A stretch of 64,000 bases of DNA from Thermodesulfobacteriota bacterium (GTDB lineage: Bacteria > Desulfobacterota > Desulfobacteria > Desulfobacterales > JAUWMJ01): assembly GCA_034189135.1 (NCBI GenBank), contig JAXHVO010000059.1, positions 7,336 to 71,335 on the forward strand. The letters run 5' to 3'. Below the pieces are notes generated by a model. That model ran no database searches. It was not told the origin of the DNA and saw only the letters and a program-made list of their open reading frames with translations. The position numbers and the translations under genes were made by a program. This document shows positions 26,442 to 37,180 of this stretch, in pieces. Every line of letters begins with the position of its first letter. Position 1 is the first letter of the stretch.

Positions 26442-29186
26442 ATGACCAAAAAAGATCAAAAGCTTATTAAAATTTTAAACCAAATTGGAGAGGATATAGA
26501 TTCGTTCAGCATTGGTGACACCGATGAGTGGAAACACATTCATGGTGAACTGGAAAAGGTTAAAAAAGACCTGCCCAAAAACAAATCCAAGGTAACTGAA
26601 ATTTTAAACCTTTGTCTTAGCGGGTTAGAGCGAATATGTCAAAAAACCACCGATGATTTCCTTTCTTTGGTATCCGCCATATCAGAAGCATTGATTGGTT
26701 CAGAAAAGTATATAAAGGATAAAAAAGCAGGAAAACCCCTGTTAAGTGAATCGGGGAAAGCACTGAAAAAAATTTTAGACGAGCAGTCTAAAAATGACAG
26801 GGGGTCTTCTCCCCAAACAGAAAACAAAGAAAAAAGTGAAAAATTATCTCTTGATGAAGCGGCGGTTGCGCTAATCCAGCTTGAAGCAGGAGATGACAGA
26901 GGACTAAATGATTTAAGGGAGTGTTTGGAAAAAATGGCCGCTGATGAATCGTATCCTGAATCTTCCCGCCAATACATTACCGATGCTGCCGAGAAAATAA
27001 CCATGATCCTGAAAGAAGGGTCAACTGATGCTGATGCAGCGATGGAAGAAGTGGGCGACCTCTTGGAAGAAGCAATGAATGTAGCCGGAGATTACGGCAG
27101 GGAAGGAAATGAGAAATCGGTTCCGGCAGGAAGTGCTGTTTCGGCCAAAAAACAGGGGAATGATCAGGGCGATGCGCCCCAAATCAAAGATGAGAAACAT
27201 AGGGCTGAAAGGACGGAGACGGAAAAGCCGGACAGCGAAACTGAACATAAGGAACACATTGAACGAGTTGGAAAAACTGCTGGGCAGAAGGATGATCCGC
27301 AACCTGCAAAAGAACCTGAGCAAGATTACATGCCTGAAGATGCTGACGTTGAATTGATCGCCGAATTTATTGCTGAAGGAAATGATTTATTTGAAAGCGC
27401 TGAAGAGGCACTGCTAACACTTGAAACAGATCCGGACGATTTGGAATCTGTCGATAAAATTTTTCGGGCTTTTCACACCGTAAAGGGAACTTCAGCATTT
27501 TTAGAACTCACCCTGCTTGCCGAAATGGGTCACCATGCTGAGTCACTTTTAAGCCGTGTGCGTGACGGAGAAATACGTTACAGCGGAGGATATGCCGATT
27601 TATCACTTCGCGCACTGGATATGTTAAAGGGAATACTACGGTCTGTTAAGGATGCCATTGGCGGAAAGCCCCTTTTAAAACCGGCTGGTTATGACGAATT
27701 AATGAAGGTTCTCAAAGACCCTGAAGCAGCCGGTGTTTCCGCTGATGAAGATGTGATCGATGAACCCAGGGTGGGAGATATTCTGGTTGCCCAGGGAAAA
27801 ATTGAGAGAGAAGAGCTGGAAAAAATTGCCGACACCTGTAAAGATGAAAAGATTGGTACCCAGCTAATAAAATCAAAGGCAGCCACTGCTGCTGATGTGG
27901 GCCAGGCACTTAGAACTCAGAAAAAAATGAAAAGCGGAGGCCGGGTGGTTGAATCATCGGTACGGGTTGGCACCAGAAGGTTGGACCGTCTGATCGATAT
28001 GGTGGGAGAGCTTGTAATTGCGCATTCCATGGTAGCTCAGGACGAGCTGATTGTGGACGGCAGTAATATTGAACTCCAAAAAAAAGTCTCTCTAACTAGC
28101 AAGATTGTTCGAGAGCTTCAGGATATAAGCATGTCTATGAGGATGGTTCCCCTTAAATCGACTTTTAATAAAATGGCCCGGCTTGTGCGTGATATATCAC
28201 GAAAGATCGGTAAAAAGGTGAACTTTGTGACCGAAGGTGAAGATACGGAAATCGATCGGAACCTGGTGGATGTCATCAATGATCCGCTGGTACATATGGT
28301 AAGAAATGCAGTGGATCATGGAATTGAACCGCCGGAAGCACGGAAAAAGAATGGTAAAGATGAAACCGGTGTGGTTAAACTGACCGCTTATCATTCAGCC
28401 GGAAGTGTGGTGGTGGAAATATCAGACGACGGTAAGGGTCTTGATCGGAAGGCCCTCATTGCCAAAGCAAAAGAAAAAGGTTTTATCAGCGACTCCCCCG
28501 ATTTTAATGATAATACCTTAACCGACAAAGAAGTGTTTAATATGATTTTTGAGCCAGGATTTTCCACTGCTGAGGCCGTAACCGATGTATCAGGACGCGG
28601 TGTGGGTATGGATGTGGTCAGAAAAAATATAGAATCCTTGCGGGGGCAGGCTGAAATAAAATCTGAACTGGGAAAGGGAAGCGTTTTCAGAATGAGCCTT
28701 CCTCTGACTCTTGCAATTATCGACGGGATGGTTGTTCGGGTGGGAAATGAAACCTATGTCATCCCAACAGGTTCTATCATAAGGTCTATTAAACCAGACT
28801 CCAAAAATATCACCAATGTATTTGAAAAAGGCGAAATGTTATCACTTCAAGGGGAGCTTATCCCTTTGATAAACATGTCCGCTTTATACGACATTGCAAG
28901 TACACCCAAAGACGAAGACATGTCGCTGGTTGTTATTGTTGAAGATGAAGAAAAACAGGCAGGACTTTTAATAGATGAGCTTATCGGCCGGCAGCAGGTA
29001 GTTATAAAAACACTGGGTGGCACCATGAAAAGTACACCTGGGATTTCGGGCGGTGCGATTATGCCCAGCGGAAGGGTTGGACTGATTATTGATGTGGCAG
29101 GACTTTTAAAGTTTTCTAATGAGGTGCAGGAAAAAGAGGAAGGGGATGGACCAGGGGCGGCAGGAACGCAGGTGCTTGCGGCATGA
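26442..29186 (+). CDS. cheA: Chemotaxis histidine kinase CheA (atypical N-terminus and P2 region)
   Basis: Hpt motif FRAFHTVKGTSAFLEL. N-box NAVDHGIE, G1 DDGKGLD, G2 GRGVGMDVV and a C-terminal CheW-like domain are present. About 300 extra residues precede Hpt. Confidence 0.95.
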   Translation: MTKKDQKLIKILNQIGEDIDSFSIGDTDEWKHIHGELEKVKKDLPKNKSKVTEILNLCLSGLERICQKTTDDFLSLVSAISEALIGSEKYIKDKKAGKPLLSESGKALKKILDEQSKNDRGSSPQTENKEKSEKLSLDEAAVALIQLEAGDDRGLNDLRECLEKMAADESYPESSRQYITDAAEKITMILKEGSTDADAAMEEVGDLLEEAMNVAGDYGREGNEKSVPAGSAVSAKKQGNDQGDAPQIKDEKHRAERTETEKPDSETEHKEHIERVGKTAGQKDDPQPAKEPEQDYMPEDADVELIAEFIAEGNDLFESAEEALLTLETDPDDLESVDKIFRAFHTVKGTSAFLELTLLAEMGHHAESLLSRVRDGEIRYSGGYADLSLRALDMLKGILRSVKDAIGGKPLLKPAGYDELMKVLKDPEAAGVSADEDVIDEPRVGDILVAQGKIEREELEKIADTCKDEKIGTQLIKSKAATAADVGQALRTQKKMKSGGRVVESSVRVGTRRLDRLIDMVGELVIAHSMVAQDELIVDGSNIELQKKVSLTSKIVRELQDISMSMRMVPLKSTFNKMARLVRDISRKIGKKVNFVTEGEDTEIDRNLVDVINDPLVHMVRNAVDHGIEPPEARKKNGKDETGVVKLTAYHSAGSVVVEISDDGKGLDRKALIAKAKEKGFISDSPDFNDNTLTDKEVFNMIFEPGFSTAEAVTDVSGRGVGMDVVRKNIESLRGQAEIKSELGKGSVFRMSLPLTLAIIDGMVVRVGNETYVIPTGSIIRSIKPDSKNITNVFEKGEMLSLQGELIPLINMSALYDIASTPKDEDMSLVVIVEDEEKQAGLLIDELIGRQQVVIKTLGGTMKSTPGISGGAIMPSGRVGLIIDVAGLLKFSNEVQEKEEGDGPGAAGTQVLAA

Positions 29187-29362
29187 TGGGAGAGAACTGG
29201 CTCATAGTGGATGGTTGACGGCCGATGAAGACAGCTAAAATGATAAAAGTATCCGTTATTGCTTTCAACTGTGCTGTTCAAGGAAAAGTTAAGGCCCAAT
29301 GGTGATAGGCGGAAGGAAGAAAATGACATGCTCTGCATATCTACAGGAGAAGAAAGGAACAA

Positions 29363-30178
29363 ATGGCATTGGTTTCGTTTGAGCTAAATGACAGGCAGTT
29401 TAAAAAAATAAGCCGGATTGTTTACCAATACAGCGGCATTGCATTGAAAAGGGGTAAGGAAGCTCTGGTCAGGGCACGTCTTGCCAAACGACTACGTATT
29501 TTAGGAATGACAGATGTTGAAGAGTATATGACGCACATCGAAAGTACTGAGGGGGCCAACGAACTGAGGGCGATGCTTGATATAATGACAACCAACAAGA
29601 CCAGTTTTTTCCGTGAGGTAGAGCATTTCAAATATATGGAAAGGGAGATATTGCCAAGGCTGAAAAACAACAGGATGAGGTTTTGGAGTGCTGCCTGTTC
29701 TTCAGGAGAAGAGCCTTATTCGATCGCAATTTCGCTTATGGAAAAACTGCGGGGAGTTGAGTCAAAGGATGTCCTTATTCTGGCGACCGATATATCGTCT
29801 GGAATGCTTAAAAAGGTCAAAGACGCTGTTTACAGCGAGGAAAACATCCGTGACCTTCCCAAAGCGTTTTTGCATAAATATTTTACCAAAGTTTCCAAGA
29901 ATCCGAGCACGTTTTATAAGGTAAAAGATAATGTCCGTTCAATTGTTCGGGTGGCCTGGTTAAATCTCATGGAAAATTGGCCCATGAAAGGAACTTTTAA
30001 TGTGATTTTCTGTCGCAATGTGATGATTTATTTTGACCGGCCCACCCAGGAAAAATTGATAAATCGATTCTATGATTACCTGGAGCCGGGTGGGCATCTT
30101 TTTGTCGGTCATTCGGAAGGATTGTCCGGTGTTCAGCATAATTTTAATTATATAAAACCGGCAACCTATCGGAAATAG
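29363..30178 (+). CDS. cheR: Chemotaxis methyltransferase CheR
   Basis: CheR N-domain plus SAM-binding motifs RFWSAACSSGEEPYSIA and FCRNVMIYFD. Confidence 0.93.
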   Translation: MALVSFELNDRQFKKISRIVYQYSGIALKRGKEALVRARLAKRLRILGMTDVEEYMTHIESTEGANELRAMLDIMTTNKTSFFREVEHFKYMEREILPRLKNNRMRFWSAACSSGEEPYSIAISLMEKLRGVESKDVLILATDISSGMLKKVKDAVYSEENIRDLPKAFLHKYFTKVSKNPSTFYKVKDNVRSIVRVAWLNLMENWPMKGTFNVIFCRNVMIYFDRPTQEKLINRFYDYLEPGGHLFVGHSEGLSGVQHNFNYIKPATYRK

Positions 30179-30235
30179 ACATTGTAGCTCAGCTTAATTT
30201 TAGCCAGAAACGATTCAAATACACGGTTTGCATAT

Positions 30236-30709
30236 ATGAGACATATAATTGTAGTCGGCGACATGAAGACCGGAAACAGAGAAGACTTTTTGATCACCCA
30301 CGCCTTGGGCAGCTGTCTGGGATTGATGGTTTATGACCCGCAGGAAAAAATCGGCGGTCTTTTACATGCCATGCTTCCATTGTCAAAAATTAACAGGGAT
30401 AAAGCCCAGGCCAATCCTTACATGTTCGTTGATACGGGAGTTCCAGCCCTGTTTCAAGCACTGTACGAAATGGGTGCAGAAAAATCGAGATTGGTGGTTA
30501 AGGCAACCGGTTGTGGGAACCCCATGGGTAGGAATGAAATGTTTAAAATAGGCCATCGGAACTACACTGTGCTGAAAAAACTTTTATGGAAAAATAATAT
30601 CCTCCTTAATGCAGAAGATGTCGGCGGAACAAAAAGCCGTACGGTTAATTTTGATATTTCAACCGGTAAAACAATAATTAGCAGTAACGGACAAAAAGAG
30701 GAACTCTAA
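30236..30709 (+). CDS. cheD: Chemoreceptor glutamine deamidase CheD (copy 1)
   Basis: HALGSCLGLMVYDPQEKIGGLLHAMLP contains the catalytic Cys/His pattern of the CheD family. Confidence 0.9.
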   Translation: MRHIIVVGDMKTGNREDFLITHALGSCLGLMVYDPQEKIGGLLHAMLPLSKINRDKAQANPYMFVDTGVPALFQALYEMGAEKSRLVVKATGCGNPMGRNEMFKIGHRNYTVLKKLLWKNNILLNAEDVGGTKSRTVNFDISTGKTIISSNGQKEEL

Positions 30710-30714
30710 AGACA

Positions 30715-31569
30715 ATGGATTCAAATATTATTGCAAAGGTAGAGGCGTTCCCCAGCCTGCCCGGTGCAACCACAAAACTGATTTCCCTGCTTGATGATTC
30801 CAATGCTGCCGTGGTCGAGATAGAAGAAATCTTACGTATGGATCCAGGTCTTACCGCCAATGTCTTAAAGCTGTCAAACTCTGCTTACTTCGGGTTTCCA
30901 TCTAAAATAGGGTCTGTACACAAGGCAATTGTCCTGCTGGGTGTAAAAAGATTAATGCAAATTGTGATGACATCCTGTGTAAACTCCCTGATGAGTAAAT
31001 TTGTTCCGGGTTACGACTTGCCGCCGGGTGAAATGTGGCGTCATTCAATTGCAGTATCTGTTGCCGCAGAAGGCCTGATTGCTGAGCTGAATACTTCTGA
31101 AGCTGATGAAATATTTACTGCCGCACTTCTTCATGACGTGGGCAAGCTTGTTATGGGGGAGCTCATGAAGGACGATATTAATAAAATTGACAAAATAGTA
31201 TCCCAGGATGTTTCATTTGAAGAAGCAGAGCATATCGTCTTTGGAATCGACCATGCCCAAATAGGTGCAAAAATACTTGAAAACTGGGGATTGCCCGCAG
31301 AAATTGTAAGTGCTGTAAGATGGCACCACGATCCTGATGCTGCCGATGAATCAAGCACGTTAATCGATATCGTTCATGTGGCAAATGTTTTATGTTTAAT
31401 GATCGGTATCGGTGTGGGCAGAGAGGGCCTCCAGTACAGACCGTCACCGGTGGTGACCCAAAGGCTGGGGATAAAGCCGGCGAACCTTGAAAAGGTTGCC
31501 AGTTATACACTGGATTGGGTCAGTGATTTGACGGATGTTTATGAAATAAACCAGGAAGTTGATGCTTGA
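30715..31569 (+). CDS. HDOD domain signalling protein (copy 1)
   Basis: FPSLPGATTKLISLLDDSN...ILRMDPGLTANVLKLSNSAYFG and LLHDVGKLVM are HDOD hallmarks. Confidence 0.88.
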   Translation: MDSNIIAKVEAFPSLPGATTKLISLLDDSNAAVVEIEEILRMDPGLTANVLKLSNSAYFGFPSKIGSVHKAIVLLGVKRLMQIVMTSCVNSLMSKFVPGYDLPPGEMWRHSIAVSVAAEGLIAELNTSEADEIFTAALLHDVGKLVMGELMKDDINKIDKIVSQDVSFEEAEHIVFGIDHAQIGAKILENWGLPAEIVSAVRWHHDPDAADESSTLIDIVHVANVLCLMIGIGVGREGLQYRPSPVVTQRLGIKPANLEKVASYTLDWVSDLTDVYEINQEVDA

Positions 31570-31582
31570 GGAGAGGGTAATA

Positions 31583-31972
31583 ATGGCTCTAAATATACTG
31601 ATTGTCGATGACAGCGCTGTGATGAGAAAGATGATTATTAAAACCATGGGTATGTGCGGCATTCCGATCGGAGAGATAAAGCAGGCTGGCAACGGCAGGG
31701 AAGGACTGGAAGAGTTGACAAAAAGCTGGATTGATATCGTTATCCTGGACATCAATATGCCGGTAATGAACGGCGAGGAAATGATGGATGCCATGCAGCA
31801 ACGTGCTGAAACAAGCGACATTCCGGTTGTGGTCATCTCCACAGAAGGAAGCAGCACCCGTATTGATCGTCTAAAGGAAAAAGGCGCGAGGTTTATTCAA
31901 AAACCTTTTACACCGGAAATAATCAGGGATACCATATCCGAAGTCACAGGAGTAGGAGAAGGTGATGAATGA
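31583..31972 (+). CDS. cheY: Chemotaxis response regulator CheY
   Basis: Single REC domain with ILIVDDS, ILDINMPVMNG and FIQKPF. Start chosen at ATG 31583 behind RBS GAGAGGG. Confidence 0.9.
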   Translation: MALNILIVDDSAVMRKMIIKTMGMCGIPIGEIKQAGNGREGLEELTKSWIDIVILDINMPVMNGEEMMDAMQQRAETSDIPVVVISTEGSSTRIDRLKEKGARFIQKPFTPEIIRDTISEVTGVGEGDE

Positions 31973-32459
31973 GAAAATAGACGATATAATTTTAAAAACA
32001 GCTGCAGAGACTTTAGAAAAACTGGCGTTTATGTTTGCATCTTTGTATGACCCTGAGGAAGCAATTGAAAAAGATCCTGACACAGGGGTGTGCGTTTCAT
32101 TTACCGGTCCTTTTTCAGGGACACTCGGGATGAAAGTATCAGGGGAGGTTCTGGGCGAAATTGCGGTAAACATGCTCGGCGCTGATGACGAAGATGACAT
32201 TACACTGGATGATAAAAATGATGCCCTGAAAGAAACCATCAATGTGATTTGTGGAAATATTTTGCCGGCAATTGGCGGGAAGCAGGCGGTTTTCAACATC
32301 GGTGTGCCGAAGATTATTCCTGCAGGTGAAAATATAACGGGCAAAGACGGGGAAGACCCTGTGTCAGATGTAAAGCTTTCCCTCGATGAGGGAAGATGCG
32401 ATCTCGTATTATTCGTAAAGGGTAATATCCCTGAAGCGGGTGAATCGTTCAGCGGATGA
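31965..32459 (+). CDS. cheX: CheX/CheC-like CheY-P phosphatase
   Basis: About 164 aa overlapping the cheY stop. The N-terminus ILKTAAETLEKLAFMFAS and the stretch ALKETINVICGNI are typical of the CheX/CheC fold family. Confidence 0.65.
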   Translation: MNEKIDDIILKTAAETLEKLAFMFASLYDPEEAIEKDPDTGVCVSFTGPFSGTLGMKVSGEVLGEIAVNMLGADDEDDITLDDKNDALKETINVICGNILPAIGGKQAVFNIGVPKIIPAGENITGKDGEDPVSDVKLSLDEGRCDLVLFVKGNIPEAGESFSG

Positions 32460-32534
32460 ATGGTTGAGCGGATTAATTGACGAAAGATTTTAATTCCTGC
32501 TTAACTGTTTATCCAAGTCTGAAAGAAGAGATGA

Positions 32535-33572
<1,038 letters not shown>

Positions 33573-33580
33573 GGAAATCT

Positions 33581-33641
33581 ACCACGGATTTTCACGGAGA
33601 TACACTGAAAAAATCTGTGATATTCCGTGTCCCTCCGTGGT
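33581..33641 (+). other. Interrupted hairpin between cheB and flgK
   Basis: ACCACGGA...CACGGA...CAC pairs with GTG...TCCGTG...TCCGTGGT (8+6+3 bp) around an AAAAAAT loop. Confidence 0.4.
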
Positions 33642-33659
33642 GAATAGAGGTAAACAGAT

Positions 33660-35042
33660 ATGTCAAACATCATCGGATTGCTTGATCTGGGAAGGGGAGC
33701 GCTTCTTGCCCACCAACAGGCGATAAGTATCACAGGGCATAATATCGCCAATGTGAATACGCCAGGCTATTCCCGCCAACGGGTGAATTTGTCAACAAAC
33801 CCGGGATTAACCAGTAGCCCCGGTCAGATAGGGGCAGGTGTCAAGGCTTCGGATATTCAAAGGATTTACGATCAATTTTTAGGCTCACAAATCAATGCCG
33901 AAAGCTATAACCTGGGAAAATGGGAAGCGCAAACAAGCTCGCTTGAAAGAGTGGAAATCGTCTTTGATGAAACCACCGGATTCGGATTGAATCAGGCAAT
34001 GGGAGATTTCTTCAATGCCTGGCAGGACCTGACCAATAACCCGGAAGGTCATACAGAAAGGCAAATGCTTGTGGCAAAAAGCGAGATCATGGCCGAGACA
34101 TTTAATAAAATATCGTCCGATTTAAACCAGCTGCAAAACGACATGGACAGCAGCATTGAGGGAGCGGTTAGCGAAATCAACACCATGGCCGGACAAATTT
34201 CCGATCTTAACGCCAAGATAAGCGATATTGAAAAAAGCGGACAAAATGCAAACGATCTGAGAGATAAGCGGGATTTATATCTCAAAGAACTTTCTTCAAT
34301 GATAGATATCAGTACTTTTGAAGGAAACGATGGACAGGTTACTGTTTTAGTCGGTAACGGAAAACCCCTGGTTCAACCACCATACTCCTTAAGCTTATCA
34401 ACTGTCACCAATGCTTCCGGTCACCAGAATGTTGTCTGGGTCGATCGTGACGGAAACAACGTGGACATCACCAATGATATTTCCGGCGGAAAGTTAAAAG
34501 GCTGGCTTGAAGTCAGGGATGTGGCCATTGAAGATTATAAAACCAGGCTGGATAATGTGGCTTCAAGTATAATTGCCGAAGTGAACAACCTTCATGGTTT
34601 GGGATTTGATCTGAACGGAATAGCCGGAGGGGCATTTTTTACCGGTACATCGGCCTCGGATATTGCAATCGATACAAATATCGTCAACAACGTCAACCTG
34701 ATCGCAGCATCAGGAACAGGAGCACCGGGAGACAACAGCAATGCCATAGCCATTGCCAACCTGCAAAACAGTCTCCTCATGAGTGGAGGGACAGCCACCT
34801 ATGATGATTTTTATAATTCCTTGGTCAGTGACGTGGGAATCGCTGTGCAGTTCGCCCAGACCAATTACGATCATCAAACAGCCATGGTTGCAAATCTGGA
34901 TAATTATCGAGAATCAATTTCCGGTGTCAGCCTTGACGAAGAAATGGTAAACCTTGTCAAATTTCAGCACGCTTACGATGCCGCAGCCAAGCTAATCACT
35001 GCCGTGGATGAAATGATGAATACCGTTATGAATATGGTATAA
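33660..35042 (+). CDS. flgK: Hook-associated protein 1 FlgK
   Basis: N-terminal GRGALLAHQQAISITGHNIANVNTPGYSRQ and C-terminal LVKFQHAYDAAAKLITAVDEMMNTVMNM. Confidence 0.93.
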   Translation: MSNIIGLLDLGRGALLAHQQAISITGHNIANVNTPGYSRQRVNLSTNPGLTSSPGQIGAGVKASDIQRIYDQFLGSQINAESYNLGKWEAQTSSLERVEIVFDETTGFGLNQAMGDFFNAWQDLTNNPEGHTERQMLVAKSEIMAETFNKISSDLNQLQNDMDSSIEGAVSEINTMAGQISDLNAKISDIEKSGQNANDLRDKRDLYLKELSSMIDISTFEGNDGQVTVLVGNGKPLVQPPYSLSLSTVTNASGHQNVVWVDRDGNNVDITNDISGGKLKGWLEVRDVAIEDYKTRLDNVASSIIAEVNNLHGLGFDLNGIAGGAFFTGTSASDIAIDTNIVNNVNLIAASGTGAPGDNSNAIAIANLQNSLLMSGGTATYDDFYNSLVSDVGIAVQFAQTNYDHQTAMVANLDNYRESISGVSLDEEMVNLVKFQHAYDAAAKLITAVDEMMNTVMNMV

Positions 35043-35202
35043 TAGTTGTTTGTTGCTGAAAGGATATTAATAATAAAAAAAATCTAAAGTAAATATTATA
35101 AGCCAGGTAGAAGTTTTAAGGTTGGGATTTTAGGCGGTCGGAGGCTTTAATGCTTCCTATATTGCCGGCCTCTCAGCTTCCTGGCTTCAATGGGGGTATA
35201 CC

Positions 35203-36096
35203 ATGCGAGTAACGAATAAAATGATGACGGATACTGTGTCTGCCAATCTCTTTAAGCAGGCCAATCGGCTATTAGCTGCGCAGGAAGTGGTGGCCACCGA
35301 AAAAATCATTAACAGACCATCCGATGATCCCATAGGAATGGAAAAGATTCTGGATTATCGCAAAGCCATTTCTTCCATAGAGCAGTATCACAGGAATTTG
35401 ACTCAGGGAAAAATGTGGGTTGAGCACAGTGAAGTTGTTTTGGATGAGGTAAATGACATGCTCAGACAAGCAAAGGAGATCGCTGTTGTTCAGTCTGAAG
35501 GAAGTTCACCAAGGAGTGACAGAGCCATCGCTGCTGAACAGGTAAAAACAATATATGACCAGGTCATGCAGCTGGCAAACACCAAACTCGGTGACCGGTA
35601 TATGTTTGCCGGTCATGAAACAGGGGCGGTTCCCTTTACCCGTGATGCGGCATATAATGCAACCTACCATGGCGATGCGGGCGAGATTCGCATCATTATA
35701 GGAGAAAATACGGATTTGGCGGTAAATGCCGATGGGATGCAGGTTTTTAATAACGGAACAGATACTTTTGATGTGTTAAGGCAGCTTAAGGATGCTTTGG
35801 AGAATCCGGTTTATAACCAGGCAGATATTTCAAATCAGATCCAGTCACTTGTTGATGCAAGTTCTCAGGTGGAAAGCGCAAGGTCCGACGGTGCGGCCAA
35901 TTACACGCGTCTGGAGCTCACCGAAAGCAAACTGGAAGTATTCAAACTAAATGTTAAGAATATGCTGTCAAACACCGAAGACGCAGACATGGCTCAGGCG
36001 ATTATCACCTTAAAAAACGAAGAAACCGCATATGAAACAGCCCTTGCGGCCGCAGCCGAGGTGATTCAGCCGAGCCTTATTAATTTTCTTAAATAG
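35203..36096 (+). CDS. flgL: Hook-associated protein 3 FlgL
   Basis: Flagellin-like N-terminus MRVTNKMM and a C-terminal helical region, positioned after flgK. Confidence 0.88.
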   Translation: MRVTNKMMTDTVSANLFKQANRLLAAQEVVATEKIINRPSDDPIGMEKILDYRKAISSIEQYHRNLTQGKMWVEHSEVVLDEVNDMLRQAKEIAVVQSEGSSPRSDRAIAAEQVKTIYDQVMQLANTKLGDRYMFAGHETGAVPFTRDAAYNATYHGDAGEIRIIIGENTDLAVNADGMQVFNNGTDTFDVLRQLKDALENPVYNQADISNQIQSLVDASSQVESARSDGAANYTRLELTESKLEVFKLNVKNMLSNTEDADMAQAIITLKNEETAYETALAAAAEVIQPSLINFLK

Positions 36097-36209
36097 AGGG
36101 AGCTCTTCAAGTCAGTCAGTGGCACTCTTTAAGGCCCGAAGAACTGCTCAACAAGTTTCGTGTTTCCGTGATTGTTTTTTATTTTTAATAAAAAAATAGC
36201 AAACAGAAA

Positions 36210-36671
36210 ATGAAAAGATTAATCAACCCGATTTTTCTTATAATTTTTTTCTCCCTTTTTGCTGAAGCGGGACTGTGTATCAGCGGAGAAGATATTATAA
36301 AACTGAAAAAAGCCGGGGTCAGCGATACAACCGTGCAATTAATGGTTAAAGAAAAGACCATAGAGACATGTGCGTTTACTGTGGAAGAAATAGTGAATCT
36401 AAAAAAGGCGAAAGTCAGCGATGGAACGATCCAGGTGCTGATAACAGAAGGCTCGTTTACAAAAAATGCCGAAACCATTGTTTACGGCAAAGATATCAGA
36501 CCCATTAAATTTGCCACAGTGAAAGATATTATCAAGCTTAAAAATTCCGGGCTCAGTGAAAAAACAATACAGGCCATTATTTCCGTCACCGGAAAGACAA
36601 GGGACGATTCTCAGCGTGAAAAGGCCTGGGAAATGTTGAAGAGCATGGAAATCCATATTGAAAAAAAGTGA
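36210..36671 (+). CDS. Secreted protein with three tandem repeats of about 25 aa
   Basis: Signal peptide MKRLINPIFLIIFFSLFAEAG. The repeats are DIIKLKKAGVSDTTVQLMV, EIVNLKKAKVSDGTIQVLI and DIIKLKNSGLSEKTIQAII. The stop overlaps the next start (GTGA). Confidence 0.7.
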   Translation: MKRLINPIFLIIFFSLFAEAGLCISGEDIIKLKKAGVSDTTVQLMVKEKTIETCAFTVEEIVNLKKAKVSDGTIQVLITEGSFTKNAETIVYGKDIRPIKFATVKDIIKLKNSGLSEKTIQAIISVTGKTRDDSQREKAWEMLKSMEIHIEKK

Positions 36672-37180
36672 TCCGTAATTTTAAGAACAAGGAAACTGAA
36701 AATTACTACCTTGAACCGGGATATATATTCCTGGCTGAAAAACCCACCTCTATATCCACAGTGCTTGGATCATGCGTTTCCGTGTGCCTCTATGACCGCA
36801 AAAAAAAAATCGGCGGGATGAATCATTTTCAAATTCCTTTTGTAACTGATTCAACCCAGGCAACTGCAAGATTCGGGAATGTGGCTACCATTACCCTAAT
36901 CCGCATGATGATCCATGGCGGTTCCAAAATAAAAAATCTGGAAGCCCAGGTATTGGGCGGGGCATACAACAGTAAGGTGTCAGCCAAAGACATCGGTTTT
37001 GAGAATATCATGGCGGCAAAAAAAATTCTTGCCCGGGAGCGGATACGTGTCACCTCAGAAGATATTCGGGGAGGCAAAGGAAGAAAGATCGTTTTTAATA
37101 CATCAACAAACGATGTTGCCGTATTTAAAGTCGATAAACTCAGAGAGTCGGACTGGTATCCCTATAAGAGCAATAGATAG
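36668..37180 (+). CDS. cheD: CheD paralog (copy 2)
   Basis: VLGSCVSVCLYDRKKKIGGMNHFQIP matches the CheD catalytic pattern. GTG start is translationally coupled to the upstream ORF. Confidence 0.82.
   Translation: MIRNFKNKETENYYLEPGYIFLAEKPTSISTVLGSCVSVCLYDRKKKIGGMNHFQIPFVTDSTQATARFGNVATITLIRMMIHGGSKIKNLEAQVLGGAYNSKVSAKDIGFENIMAAKKILARERIRVTSEDIRGGKGRKIVFNTSTNDVAVFKVDKLRESDWYPYKSNR

Noticed and set aside
28847-29362. 171-aa minus-strand ORF overlapping the cheA 3' end. Many other antisense ORFs of 60-230 aa appear in the track, for example 16713-17408 and 43583-44206.
   Set aside because: They lie opposite strongly supported genes and show mirror-frame composition (Ser, Leu and Pro rich). 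They have no independent signals.
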